Assembly: GCA_045863295.1 (NCBI GenBank)
Contig: BTWA01000007.1
Location: 104,469-168,468, forward strand
Direction of reading: 5' to 3'
Length of the DNA stretch: 64,000 nt
DNA from: Candidatus Hydrogenedentota bacterium
GTDB lineage: Bacteria > Hydrogenedentota > Hydrogenedentia > Hydrogenedentales > SLHB01
Under the pieces are notes generated by a model. That model was not told where the DNA came from, did no database searches, and worked only from the letters and a program-made list of their open reading frames with translations. The translations under genes were made by a program, and so were the position numbers. This document shows positions 31,210 to 41,016 of the stretch, piece by piece (the first letter of the stretch is position 1; each line of letters starts with the position of its first letter).

Positions 31210-31336
31210 GTTGACTCGTTTCCGTCCTTTGATTCGGATCTTCCATTCGCCATCAAGTATACCAGTTGTTTGGTGTGTATTTGAGAGCGCGTAACTGTAT
31301 TGTCTTCATTTTAGCCTGTTTACAGAAGGGAATCTA

Positions 31337-31366
31337 TTGACAAACCTCATGGAATCCACTTATAAC
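31337..31366 (+). promoter_or_regulatory. Sigma70-type promoter TTGACA-N18-TATAAC
   Basis: Near-consensus boxes in the AT-rich divergent intergenic region. Confidence 0.6.
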
Positions 31367-31465
31367 CACCACCATTTAGCTTCACGATCGCTGACTTTTG
31401 AATTGTTGCGAGCATAATTCAAGGATTGTAACTTCCTAAAAACCATGCGAAACTGGTTGGTATCC

Positions 31466-31494
31466 GGAACTTTTGTCGCCTGACCGTGTTCCAA
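31466..31494 (+). promoter_or_regulatory. Possible ECF-sigma promoter GGAACTT-N17-TCCAA
   Basis: Resembles the RpoE-type GAACTT...TCnAA pattern, about 40 bp upstream of the dioxygenase ATG. Confidence 0.4.
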
Positions 31495-31533
31495 TTGCGT
31501 CAGTCCGGCGTTGCCGAAAGGAATCGACCGCTT

Positions 31534-32208
31534 ATGCATTTTTCATCTTCGGCCCTAACCCGCCGGTCCCTGATTAAGGGAATTGCCGCTGGTGCGGTCT
31601 CATTCTCGAGCCCCGGGGTGTTTGCGGAGGCATTGTCCTTGACCCCCGCGCAAACAGAAGGTCCTTTTTACCCAGACCGTCTTCCTCTCGATACCGACAA
31701 CGACTTATTAGTCATCAATGACAGTATTCATTCGGCGGTGGGTGAAGTGACCCATTTGACGGGGCGGATTCTGGACTCCCAGGGCAATCCCCTTCGCAAT
31801 GCCCTCGTGGAGATCTGGCAAGTCGACAACAATGGGGTGTATATCCATACGAAAAGCCCAAGCCGCGACAAGTTGGACGGCAATTTTCAAGGATTTGGGC
31901 GATTTCTGACTGGGAAAAGCGGAGAGTATTATTTTCGGACGATCAAGCCCGTGCCGTATGCGCCGGGTCAAGGTGGTCGACCGCCCCATATTCACATGGC
32001 GGTCGAGGTGAAGGGGCAAGAGACTTTCACGACCCAATGCTATGTGAAAGGGCACCCGTTGAACGAGGGGGATGGCGTATTGCGTGGCTTGCACGAGCAG
32101 GCCCAGCGCGATCGCCTCATGGTCGAGTTTGCGGCATTGCCGGAATCACCGGCTGGCGAATTGTCAGCGGTGTTTGACGTTGTTCTCGGGCTTACGCCGG
32201 AACATTGA
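31534..32208 (+). CDS. Tat-exported intradiol ring-cleavage dioxygenase-like protein
   Basis: LTRRSLI; TEGPFYP; VEIWQVDNNGVY; TIKPVPY; RPPHIH (Tyr/Tyr/His/His iron ligands). Confidence 0.9.
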   Translation: MHFSSSALTRRSLIKGIAAGAVSFSSPGVFAEALSLTPAQTEGPFYPDRLPLDTDNDLLVINDSIHSAVGEVTHLTGRILDSQGNPLRNALVEIWQVDNNGVYIHTKSPSRDKLDGNFQGFGRFLTGKSGEYYFRTIKPVPYAPGQGGRPPHIHMAVEVKGQETFTTQCYVKGHPLNEGDGVLRGLHEQAQRDRLMVEFAALPESPAGELSAVFDVVLGLTPEH

Positions 32209-32283
32209 CACGACAAATTACCTGTTCAAAGACAGCCTTTGTGCGGGTGGTGAATCGGGCAATTCACAACAGGAGACGGCCAA

Positions 32284-33066
32284 ATGGTTACGAAGCGATC
32301 TTGGGTACCGTTAAGAGGCGTGCGTTGGGCCTTGATGGGAGCTGCATGTGCGGCGCTTTGCATAGGCGGCATACAGGCTTCGGCGCAGCCGGGCGGCGGC
32401 GGCGGGGGAGGCGGCGGACTCGATCCGGCTAAGCGTGAAGCAGCCTGGTTGTTGCAGGCGAAGGGTGTAGCGAAAGAGCTTGCTCTGAGCGACGAGAACA
32501 CAGGGAAACTTGCGGACGCATACAAGACCAGCCGGCAAGCGTTGGAAGATGCAGTGCAATCGGGTGACGGCCAGGGCCGCGGCGGCCGCGAGCGCTTTTC
32601 CGCGATGCAGGAACTGGCCAAGCAGCACCGGGACAAGTTCAAGACGGACGTGTCGGCGTTTTTGACGGAAGAACAGGCGACCAAGGCGATGGCGACGCTT
32701 GGTTCCTTCGATCGCCAGTGGGATCGCATGGTGGACACGCTTTCGGGCCTTGGGTTGGAGCAGGAGAAGTTGGACAAATCGCTGGCACTTGTTTCCGCGT
32801 ACGTGGCGGAAGCGAGTGCAGAGCGCGAGAAGGCGATGTCCAGCGGCGATTTCCAATCCTTGCGCACAGTGTTGGGTCCAGTTCGCGAGAAGTTGGACAA
32901 GGGCTTGAAAGAATTGCTTTCGGAAGAGCAGTTGATGAAGTGGACTGAAGCGACTGCAATGCGTGGCCGCGGCGGTCCTGGAGGTCCTGGCGGCCCCGGA
33001 GTTCCTGGCGTTCCCGGCGCTCCTGGCGGCGGTGAAGGTGGCGAACGCCGGCGTTCGGAGAACTAG
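32284..33066 (+). CDS. Secreted helical protein with Gly-rich ends (loosely Spy/CpxP-like)
   Basis: AGGAG RBS; signal peptide; poly-Gly; LTEEQ/LSEEQ helical repeats; GGPGGPGGPGVPGVPGAPG tail. Confidence 0.75.
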   Translation: MVTKRSWVPLRGVRWALMGAACAALCIGGIQASAQPGGGGGGGGGLDPAKREAAWLLQAKGVAKELALSDENTGKLADAYKTSRQALEDAVQSGDGQGRGGRERFSAMQELAKQHRDKFKTDVSAFLTEEQATKAMATLGSFDRQWDRMVDTLSGLGLEQEKLDKSLALVSAYVAEASAEREKAMSSGDFQSLRTVLGPVREKLDKGLKELLSEEQLMKWTEATAMRGRGGPGGPGGPGVPGVPGAPGGGEGGERRRSEN

Positions 33067-33098
33067 AGCCGGTCTCGATAGTCGAAGCTAATCTCGGA

Positions 33099-33136
33099 TG
33101 GGAGTCCATGACATCATGGGCTCCCAATTTTAGTTT
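33099..33136 (+). terminator. Rho-independent terminator
   Basis: TGGGAGTCCATGA-CA-TCATGGGCTCCCA stem (one G-U pair) followed by ATTTTAGTTT, downstream of the stop at 33066. Confidence 0.7.
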
Positions 33137-33261
33137 GGTGGCACTTTTCGTCATTGGTGGCGCGGCCGGCGCAAGGTCCGAGGTTTGGACCGGTGAATCC
33201 TCGCACCCAAAAGAATGACTTGCCGTGGACTCAGCCGGTATCATAAATTCGCAGAGGAACT

Positions 33262-35622
33262 TTGGGGAAAGGATTAGCAGCGATGTCGACCTTAGTCATG
33301 CGAGCCGTATGTGTATTGGCTATTCCACTTATGTCTGTTGGTTTTTCCATGGCAACTGGGGAGACTGTGGAGCAGTCGTCCGTTTTTTGGCGCCCTCAAC
33401 CTGATGCGGTTTATCTTCAGGAGTTTGGGGAGAAGGTTGCGACCGAGTTTCCCGTGAGTGACGTGGTTGCCCTTGACGACACGGTTCTCGCGCTGGCCAA
33501 TGGGAAAGTCCACAGACTCAGCGGTACAACTCTCGTACCCGCCGCGGACGCGCCGGAAGGAGTCACGCGATTGCGGGTTTTGAACGGTGCGATCTGGTCC
33601 GTTGGAAAATCCGGAGTGTATCGGCTTGAAGTTGGAAAGTGGAATCGGATTGCCGAAGGCGAGTACGTGGATGCTTGCCTGCACTTGGGGGCTGTACATG
33701 TGGCCACTCGCGATGAAATCTATCGCATTGACACGGATCAGATAGTCAACATCAAGCCCGAGGGTGGGTATTTGTCCAATGACAGCACGGTGCTTATGGA
33801 GGACTTTACGCAGGTGCTGGCGGATCCGGTCCGGATTGGTCCGATTGAACGTATCATGTCCTATAGCGGCACGCTGTACCTACTGCGGCCGGGTGGTCTG
33901 GCACTGTTGAACATGGGTCAATATGTGGAAGATCCGATTGACTGGGGCACTTTGCCATCGCGTATCACGCGCGATGCGCTGTCGGCCGGCAACCGCCTTT
34001 ATATTACAACGGATCGCGGATTGGGTGTGTTGCGGGGTATGGCGCTAACCGTAGTTACCGGGGAAGAGGGGCTGCCCTATGAGGACACGACATGTTTGGC
34101 CGCGGGTTTTGACGGCGATCTGTGGATAGGCACGACGACCGGGGCCATTCGTCAGACGAGAGAAGGATTTCAGTATTTTGGCGCGCACCATTGGCTTCCC
34201 GGCGACTACGTCAATGCCATAGCCGTGGGTGAGGATGTGGTCTACATTGCGACCAATTCGGGTCTTGGCGTGATTCGTTATGAACCGTACACATTGGCAA
34301 AGAAGGCGGCCTATTACGAGCGAGAGTTGGAGGAGTGGGGGCAAAAGCGGCTTGGATTCGTGCACAAGTTGTTTTGGTCGCGGGATGAGAATACGTGGAT
34401 ACGCGAAGTGAGCGACAACGATGGCGGCCATACCTCTCATTACCTCGCGGCGATGTCGTTCAAGTATGCCGCAACGAATGACAAGCATGCGCGGGAGGAG
34501 GCGGTAAATGCCTTCAAAGCAATGGCTTGGTTGGATTCGATTACTCCGAAGCCGGGATTCATTGCGCGGGCCATATGGGCGGAGAATGTGGATAAAGGCA
34601 AGCGTGCTGAACGGGGTTCAGGCGGTTTGCCCGCTAAGTGGTATCCGTCGGACGATGGCCTCTGGCAGTGGAAGGGCGATACGTCCAGTGACGAGGTGAA
34701 TGGGCATATTTACTCTGTTGCGCTGTTTCACGATCTGGTGGCGGAAGGCGCGGAGAAGGAACGCGCGAAAAAGCACATCGCCAACATAGCCTCGCATATC
34801 ATGGACAACGGCTGGGTGCTGATGGATATGGATGGTAAACCCACGCGTTGGGGGCGGTGGGATCCCGATTATCTGTTGAGACCGTACGGTTACGTATCGA
34901 ACGGCCTGAACGGGATGGAAGCGCAAACGTATATGTGGACAGCCTACGGATTGACGGGCGATTCCAAGTACATGGAGGGATTGGAACAGCTTATCCAGTG
35001 GCGGTATCACACGTTTACTGTCCGGCAGAAGTTGACATTTCCGCCGGATACCGTCGTGCCCTGGGATGATGAGTTGGCGTTTCGTTCCTATCACGCGTTG
35101 TTGACGCACTGCACCGACCCCGGATTGCGTTCGGTGTATCTACGCAGTATCGAGCGGTCATGGGAAGTGATGCGTATGCAGCACATTCCGTATTTCAATT
35201 TCATCTATGGCGCCATGACGGGCAACGATTGCGAAGAAGACCGGGCCGTGCAGTATTTGCGCGAATGGCCGGTGGATTTGGTGGGGCATAGTTACACCAA
35301 CTCACACCGCCACGATCTTGCGCCTGAGCCGGGGTATGTTCCTTATGGTGGGGGCACGCGCGGCATTTCCCCGCGCGAGCAGGAGGCAATGTGGGGCAGC
35401 AAACCGACGATACTTTATGACGGCGGTAGCGGTAGCCGGTCGGTCACGCCGCCAGTGGGCTGGCTTGAGGACTATTGGATGGGCCGTTACTACGGGTTCA
35501 TTGAAGCCCCGGACATCAAGGACAAGAAACTAACGTCGATCGAGGAAAGGCCGTTCAAGCGGCAAGGCGCGGCACCCTACGATGGGCCTGCACGGCCGGA
35601 TGATCAGATCATGGCGTATTGA
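33262..35622 (+). CDS. Secreted hypothetical protein: N-terminal beta-propeller plus helical putative catalytic domain (start may be 33283)
   Basis: Regulator-propeller-like repeats (GLP, LWIGT, YIATNSGL); SDNDGGHTSHY; WKGDTSSDEVNGH; GKPTRWG; YWMGRY. Confidence 0.8.
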   Translation: MGKGLAAMSTLVMRAVCVLAIPLMSVGFSMATGETVEQSSVFWRPQPDAVYLQEFGEKVATEFPVSDVVALDDTVLALANGKVHRLSGTTLVPAADAPEGVTRLRVLNGAIWSVGKSGVYRLEVGKWNRIAEGEYVDACLHLGAVHVATRDEIYRIDTDQIVNIKPEGGYLSNDSTVLMEDFTQVLADPVRIGPIERIMSYSGTLYLLRPGGLALLNMGQYVEDPIDWGTLPSRITRDALSAGNRLYITTDRGLGVLRGMALTVVTGEEGLPYEDTTCLAAGFDGDLWIGTTTGAIRQTREGFQYFGAHHWLPGDYVNAIAVGEDVVYIATNSGLGVIRYEPYTLAKKAAYYERELEEWGQKRLGFVHKLFWSRDENTWIREVSDNDGGHTSHYLAAMSFKYAATNDKHAREEAVNAFKAMAWLDSITPKPGFIARAIWAENVDKGKRAERGSGGLPAKWYPSDDGLWQWKGDTSSDEVNGHIYSVALFHDLVAEGAEKERAKKHIANIASHIMDNGWVLMDMDGKPTRWGRWDPDYLLRPYGYVSNGLNGMEAQTYMWTAYGLTGDSKYMEGLEQLIQWRYHTFTVRQKLTFPPDTVVPWDDELAFRSYHALLTHCTDPGLRSVYLRSIERSWEVMRMQHIPYFNFIYGAMTGNDCEEDRAVQYLREWPVDLVGHSYTNSHRHDLAPEPGYVPYGGGTRGISPREQEAMWGSKPTILYDGGSGSRSVTPPVGWLEDYWMGRYYGFIEAPDIKDKKLTSIEERPFKRQGAAPYDGPARPDDQIMAY

Positions 35623-35746
35623 GTGCGGTCGCTGAGTCGACTTTTTTCAAAGTTGTTGCTGTGATCGCCGGTATTGAATGGTTTGCCCTTACAGGGTGCA
35701 CATGAAATACCGACGGCGATGCACGCTGGGAAGCGCATTGTAAGTT

Positions 35747-35780
35747 TCTTTACCACGCCCACCGTTCGCGTGGTGAAAGA
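35747..35780 (-). terminator. Hairpin just downstream of the 35787..37097 gene
   Basis: TCTTTACCACGC ... GCGTGGTGAAAGA stem with one bulge. Confidence 0.5.
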
Positions 35781-35786
35781 CGACTG

Positions 35787-37097
35787 TTAGCTTTCGTCCG
35801 CGCCTCGAATGGGCTCGGTTTTGAGTTGGAGGTATTGCTTGGTGGATTCGGGGGAGGATTGTTTCCATTCCCACTTGCCGGGTTCGAAGAGAAGAGTCAA
35901 GTTTTCGATATCACTTTCGATTACACCCATGAGACCGTTTTGATTGAGCGGGTCCAGACTGTAGTTCTTTTCCGACAAGTGATAGTCGGGCACATTACAC
36001 GTGACGGAGTATTCTTCGCGGGGCAGATTCTTGATCGTGAAATTGCCTTGTGGGTCTACCTCGGCCATGGCCCAGTCCCACGCCCGTTCACGGGAGAACA
36101 TCACTTTCGTACCTTCCGGTACTTGTGCGCCGTCGGATAGGACAATTCTGCCGGTAACCGTGTGGCCACGCTGGGTTTCCAAGACACCGACATCGAGGAT
36201 GTCGTTTTCTTTGTCTATTCTAAGTATCTTTTCCCTAACGACTCCATCTTCAATGGGTGTGCTCAATTGGCTGTATACGGTGTATTCGAATTGCGATGGG
36301 ACGTTTGCAAAGACAAACGTTCCATCGCTTCCTGTTGCCACTTCCATCTCGCCGAGAAACGTATCGGAGGCGTGACTGGTTTGTGTGATGCCCATGGATA
36401 CGCCGGCGACGGGTTTTCCGTTATTCAACACTTTGCCGGTGACTGTCGAGCCGAATTGCAGTGACAGGTCATGCGTTTTATCACCGGCCGCCAGTTCGGG
36501 GAAGTTCTTTTTTGCCAGTCCGGTTGCTTCCACGCTTACGCTCAATTTTACGCCGGGCTTCTCCGATGTAATCATGAAGACGCCTTCGGCATTGGTTGCT
36601 GCAAGCGCGTCGATTCCATCGAGGCCACCGAATCGGGTGGAGTTTTCGAAGTGGATGGCAAAAGGCTCGATCACCGCGCCTGCGACGGGCTTGCCCTGGG
36701 GATTCAATACGCGGCCACGCAACACATGGCCGGTCTTGAGACGTTCCGGGTCACGTGCCACCAGTTTTGCGAGCACGGGTCCCAATTCAGGGTCCGTGTT
36801 CTCGATAAACTGTGGAGTGTAGTTTTCTTCCACGATGAGTAACTTGAACAACAGTGATGGATCGACATCGGGCAGGGTAAAAGTGCCATCGGCCTTGGTG
36901 GTATCACGTTTGGCACAGTCGAGGTAGCAGGAAGGGCAGAGTACGCCTTGGCCCACGCGGGGTTTGGCTGTATACACTTTGACCATCGCACCCTGCACGG
37001 GTATTTCGTCTTCGTTGTAAATCGTGCCGGTGATATCGAGTGCGAATGCGTGTGCAGAGAGGGTTATGGCCGAAAAGACGGAAATGCAGCGGGTCAT
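35787..37097 (-). CDS. Secreted carboxypeptidase-regulatory-like (transthyretin-fold) repeat protein
   Basis: Signal peptide; repeated G-x-V...GKPVAGA...T..DG.F units; LCPSCYLDC motif. Confidence 0.82.
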   Translation of the reverse strand: MTRCISVFSAITLSAHAFALDITGTIYNEDEIPVQGAMVKVYTAKPRVGQGVLCPSCYLDCAKRDTTKADGTFTLPDVDPSLLFKLLIVEENYTPQFIENTDPELGPVLAKLVARDPERLKTGHVLRGRVLNPQGKPVAGAVIEPFAIHFENSTRFGGLDGIDALAATNAEGVFMITSEKPGVKLSVSVEATGLAKKNFPELAAGDKTHDLSLQFGSTVTGKVLNNGKPVAGVSMGITQTSHASDTFLGEMEVATGSDGTFVFANVPSQFEYTVYSQLSTPIEDGVVREKILRIDKENDILDVGVLETQRGHTVTGRIVLSDGAQVPEGTKVMFSRERAWDWAMAEVDPQGNFTIKNLPREEYSVTCNVPDYHLSEKNYSLDPLNQNGLMGVIESDIENLTLLFEPGKWEWKQSSPESTKQYLQLKTEPIRGADES

Positions 37098-37201
37098 TCC
37101 GGTATCTCCCTGACATACGGTGTCTGTGTTTGCCTAATAGGATTATATGCCAACTGGGGCAATTTGGAAAGCTGCTTGTTAGCCGGTCAGGGACAATCCC
37201 G

Positions 37202-38524
37202 TTAGTCCGTGTTCTCGGTCACTTCGAGGGTGGGTTGGGATGAGATCAGCAGTTTATCGATTCGTTGCCCGTCCATGTCCATTACTTCGAAGCGCCATCC
37301 TGCACATTCAAACGATTCTCCGGCACTGGGGATTTTGTTGAACTGGGTCAAGGCGAAACCGGCCACCGTTTCAAACGTGTGGCTTTCTTCGTCCGGTAAT
37401 TCATCGATACTCAGTATGCGCTTGAGTTTGTCAATGGGCGTGCTGCCGTCAATCAGCCACGAGCCGTCCGGGCGCAAGACAGGTTCCATGCCTTCTTCTT
37501 CCGGGCGGGTCGTGATGCCCAGTACCGCTTCCATCAGGTCGTCCAGGGTAACCGTGCCTTCGATGCCTCCGAACTCATCCACAATAATGGCCATGTTCTG
37601 GCGGTTATCGCGGAGTTTTTGGAGTACTTCGAGCCCAGTGGACGTGTAGGGGACATAGTACGGTTGGCGCAGGAGAGGCCGTATGTCGAATGGGCCTGGA
37701 TTATGAGCGGGCAGCAGGAGGTCGTGTACACGCAGCATCCCCACAATTTTGTCGATGGAGCCATCGGCAACCGGCATTTCGATTTCTCCGAGGGCACTGA
37801 CACGCACCAGAATGTCGTCGAGCGGATCGGCCACGTCGATCCACTCCGTGTCGGTGCGTGGCGTCATGACGGCTGTGACCCTGCGGTCATCCAGTCGCAG
37901 TACGCTTTCGACCATTTCATGTTCCAGGGCCTCGATGACTCCTGTGCGCGCTCCCTGGTTGATGAGAAACCGGATTTCTTCCTCCGTAACCGTATGTTCC
38001 CGGGTACTGGGTACGCGCATAATCCATAGGACGAACGCGCTTGAACCGCTTATAAAGGCGACGATTGGTCTTGTGGCTGTAGACAGCCAACGGAGTGGGC
38101 GCGCTACCGCGCAGGCGATTCCTTCCGGGTTTTGCAGGGCAAGTTGCTTGGGCACGAGTTCGCCGATAATGAGGCTTAGATACGTAATGGCCGCGACCAC
38201 AATTGCCAGCGCGAGATTTTCGGCATGGTGCGCGAGGGGAGGCACATTGTCAATCCATGCAGCCAAATGCTCCGACAGGGTGGCGCCGCCGAACGCGCCC
38301 GCGATCACTCCAATGAGCGTGATGCCGATTTGTATTGCGGCCAGGAAATCCCCGGGTTTTTCCATCATATCCAAGACTGTCGCGGCACCCCGGTCGCCAT
38401 TGGCAGCCCGGTGTTCCAAGCGCGCACGTTTTGAGGAGACAATCGCCAATTCGGACATGGCAAATAGGCCATTGCAGGAAACAAGTGCAAGAATGATGGC
38501 GAACTCGACGAGTTCAACGGTCAC
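37202..38524 (-). CDS. Hemolysin/CNNM family protein (DUF21-CBS-CorC_HlyC)
   Basis: NGLFAMSELAIVS; QIGIT; GELVPK; VMTPR; VDEFGGIEG; MDMDGQRIDK. Confidence 0.93.
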   Translation of the reverse strand: MTVELVEFAIILALVSCNGLFAMSELAIVSSKRARLEHRAANGDRGAATVLDMMEKPGDFLAAIQIGITLIGVIAGAFGGATLSEHLAAWIDNVPPLAHHAENLALAIVVAAITYLSLIIGELVPKQLALQNPEGIACAVARPLRWLSTATRPIVAFISGSSAFVLWIMRVPSTREHTVTEEEIRFLINQGARTGVIEALEHEMVESVLRLDDRRVTAVMTPRTDTEWIDVADPLDDILVRVSALGEIEMPVADGSIDKIVGMLRVHDLLLPAHNPGPFDIRPLLRQPYYVPYTSTGLEVLQKLRDNRQNMAIIVDEFGGIEGTVTLDDLMEAVLGITTRPEEEGMEPVLRPDGSWLIDGSTPIDKLKRILSIDELPDEESHTFETVAGFALTQFNKIPSAGESFECAGWRFEVMDMDGQRIDKLLISSQPTLEVTENTD

Positions 38525-38685
38525 GAAACTACTCCTTGCGTCGTGGGACGGTACGCACGTTCTGGCAACGGTATTCTATACGATGGCATTGAAGGATGCC
38601 CCTCAGATCGACAACATCCTCGCACGCGACTTTGGCCACGGGCGAGGATGCCGGTAGATTGCAGTTAAATTGGACGCGACTCCGT

Positions 38686-39699
38686 TTACTTCTCAATCGG
38701 TGTCAGCACAATGTTCCGGTACTTGACCCCGGTATGATCGCCTTGCAGGTAGATGGGCCCTGGCTTGAATTCCTCGGCCCAAAGGGCGCCACCGGTGCAG
38801 CCTTCCAAGGGGGCGTTGTCGATGATTGTCTTTCCATTCAGCACGACGGTGATGTGCCGGTCGCACAATGTAATGTCAAAGGTCTGCCACTCGCCGGCCG
38901 GTTTTTCCACGGCTTCAATCGGCGCAATGCGGCTGTAAATGCCGCCCATGTGGTGCGGGTCAAGTTCCATGCCGAAACTGTCCATTACCTGTACTTCGTA
39001 GATGCCGCGCAGGTAGATGCCGCTGTTGCCTTTTGGTTCGACCATCACGTCACATTTGAAATTGAAATCTTCGAATTCCGCGACGGTGCGCAAATTGCCG
39101 TAGGAGATGTGGGGCTTGCCTTCGGTTTGCACTGGGTTGTTAACCAGCAGGCCGTCGACGACACTCCAGCCGTTTGTTTGGTGTTCATTGGTCAATGTCC
39201 AACCGGTCAAGTCCTTGCCGTTGAAAAGATCGATGGGCTTGTCGAATTTGACTTTCGACAGGTCAGGCGGGGCGGGCAAATCGGCGATGCGTTTGCCTGT
39301 GAACGAGTGTTTTTCGATACCGGTACCGTCACGGAACGGCTTTATCAGTTCCAGATTCAGCTCGTCGCCATTGACCTTGGCTCGAATCGTGTCCGTAAAA
39401 CGTTGCGTACGAACGACCTGCCCTTTTTGGTCCTTACGTTCGACGTCGGATATACGGGTCACGACAAGGGTATCGCCGTCCATGTACACACTTTCGCAGG
39501 GCACGACGCTACCGCCACCCCAGAGGATGTGCGCGTCCAGGAACCCGGCATCTGCTTTAGCAATGCCAAGCCAGCCAGCTCCGCCCCCTGGGATTGTGAG
39601 CGCCCAACGGCCCATGTAGGGGTCAATGGGAGCCGCGCTGCCGAATGTGCTGGCGAGTACTGCAACCAGGCCTAAGAGCGGAATGCGGCGTGAATACAT
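38686..39699 (-). CDS. DUF1080 (3-keto-disaccharide hydrolase-like) secreted protein
   Basis: LFNGKDLTGW; GNSGIYLRGIYEVQVMD; GPIYLQGDH; YRNI. AGGAG RBS before ATG 39699. Confidence 0.9.
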   Translation of the reverse strand: MYSRRIPLLGLVAVLASTFGSAAPIDPYMGRWALTIPGGGAGWLGIAKADAGFLDAHILWGGGSVVPCESVYMDGDTLVVTRISDVERKDQKGQVVRTQRFTDTIRAKVNGDELNLELIKPFRDGTGIEKHSFTGKRIADLPAPPDLSKVKFDKPIDLFNGKDLTGWTLTNEHQTNGWSVVDGLLVNNPVQTEGKPHISYGNLRTVAEFEDFNFKCDVMVEPKGNSGIYLRGIYEVQVMDSFGMELDPHHMGGIYSRIAPIEAVEKPAGEWQTFDITLCDRHITVVLNGKTIIDNAPLEGCTGGALWAEEFKPGPIYLQGDHTGVKYRNIVLTPIEK

Positions 39700-39880
39700 G
39701 GAAGTGTCTCCTAAAAGAATGAATACGCGTACTGGGCCACAGTATGAATAGCAGATGCGGGACAGGTCAAGGTTTGCGCCGGTGCGAAGTTCCGACGATT
39801 CCCAACGGGGGACTGGCGCAGGTCCGGTATTCAAATGGTAGTATGGACTCATCGGTCAAAACCTGCAGGAGCTGAAAACC

Positions 39881-40690
39881 ATGAAATGCATGCGTTCTGT
39901 ATCTACCTTTGTATTTTTTGTTGCGTTGGTCACCTTTTTTGGAACGGGGCCTGCCATGGCGGGGGCGCCGTCGGCCGAGACTGCGAAGCAATCGCTTGAG
40001 GCCTCCACCCGGCATGGGGAGTATCTGCAACTCGACCTTCCCGGCAGCGAGACCAAACTTCGCACATGGATCAGCTTTCCGGAGCGGCCCGACAAAGCGC
40101 CGGTCATTATTGTGATTCACGAGATATTTGGATTGAGCGAGTGGATTACGTCGGTAGCCGACGCGTTTGCCGCGGAAGGGTTCATTGCGCTGGCGCCGGA
40201 CCTCATTTCGGGCATGGAAGGGGCGGAAGAGAATCCCCGCGAGACCATTGGCAAACTGAGCGAAGAGGAGGCCGTTAAGCGGCTGAACGTTGTGGCGGAC
40301 TACGCGCTGGCGCTACCGGCCGCGAGCGGCAAACTGGGCGTCGTGGGGTATTGTTGGGGCGGGAAGACCAGCTTCATGTACGCTGGCGTGCAGTCCCGGC
40401 TGAGTGCCGCAGTGGTGTACTACGGCACATCGCCCGAGGCGGGGAAATACGAAACGATTACGTGTCCGGTGTTGGGGCTGTACGGGGAGGACGACGCGCG
40501 GGTGAATGCAACAATTCCCACGGCCCAGGAAGAGATGAAGAAATTGAACAAGACCTACGAAGTTGAGATCTATGAGGGCGCGGGTCATGGATTTCTACGC
40601 CAACAGGATGCCAAAGAGGGCGCGAATAAGGCGGCGGCCGAGAAGGCTTGGACTCGGACCGTGGAGTTTTTCAAGAAATATACGGAGTGA
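39881..40690 (+). CDS. Dienelactone hydrolase family protein (secreted)
   Basis: HEIFG; APDL; GYCWGG; GEDDARV; GAGHGF. Confidence 0.93.
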   Translation: MKCMRSVSTFVFFVALVTFFGTGPAMAGAPSAETAKQSLEASTRHGEYLQLDLPGSETKLRTWISFPERPDKAPVIIVIHEIFGLSEWITSVADAFAAEGFIALAPDLISGMEGAEENPRETIGKLSEEEAVKRLNVVADYALALPAASGKLGVVGYCWGGKTSFMYAGVQSRLSAAVVYYGTSPEAGKYETITCPVLGLYGEDDARVNATIPTAQEEMKKLNKTYEVEIYEGAGHGFLRQQDAKEGANKAAAEKAWTRTVEFFKKYTE

Positions 40691-40773
40691 GGGCGGTTCG
40701 GAGTCGAATCCATGGTGTACAATTGAACCCACGGAGGACGGATAACCAAAGTCCATTTTAAGTGAGGTAAACC

Positions 40774-41016
40774 ATGACACTCGAAACCATTCGCGACGCG
40801 TTGGGTTGGTGCATTGTTTTCGACGTGATCTTCCTGTTCGTATGGGGCTGTGCATTCGCTTTCATGCACGACTGGATGTATCGGATGCATGTGAAGTGGT
40901 TCAAGATGTCCGTCGAGACCTTTGATGCCATTCACTATGCAGGCATGGCCCTGTTCAAGATGGGCATGATACTGACCGCGCTTGTGCCTTATCTGGCATT
41001 GCGGATCGTGGGCTGA
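40774..41016 (+). CDS. Small membrane protein (DUF6868-like)
   Basis: GAGGT RBS; LGWC; H.KWF; FDAIHY.GMALFK; VPYLAL. Confidence 0.82.
   Translation: MTLETIRDALGWCIVFDVIFLFVWGCAFAFMHDWMYRMHVKWFKMSVETFDAIHYAGMALFKMGMILTALVPYLALRIVG

Noticed and set aside
32965..33035. GGPGGPGGPGVPGVPGAPG collagen-like repeat
   Set aside because: Too short for a triple helix; an ordinary low-complexity tail.
35623..35648. GAGTCGACTTTTTT resembling a tracrRNA 3' end
   Set aside because: No cas genes or CRISPR array are present; a simple terminator explains it.
38596..39675. 359-aa plus-strand ORF
   Set aside because: Antisense to the well-supported DUF1080 gene.
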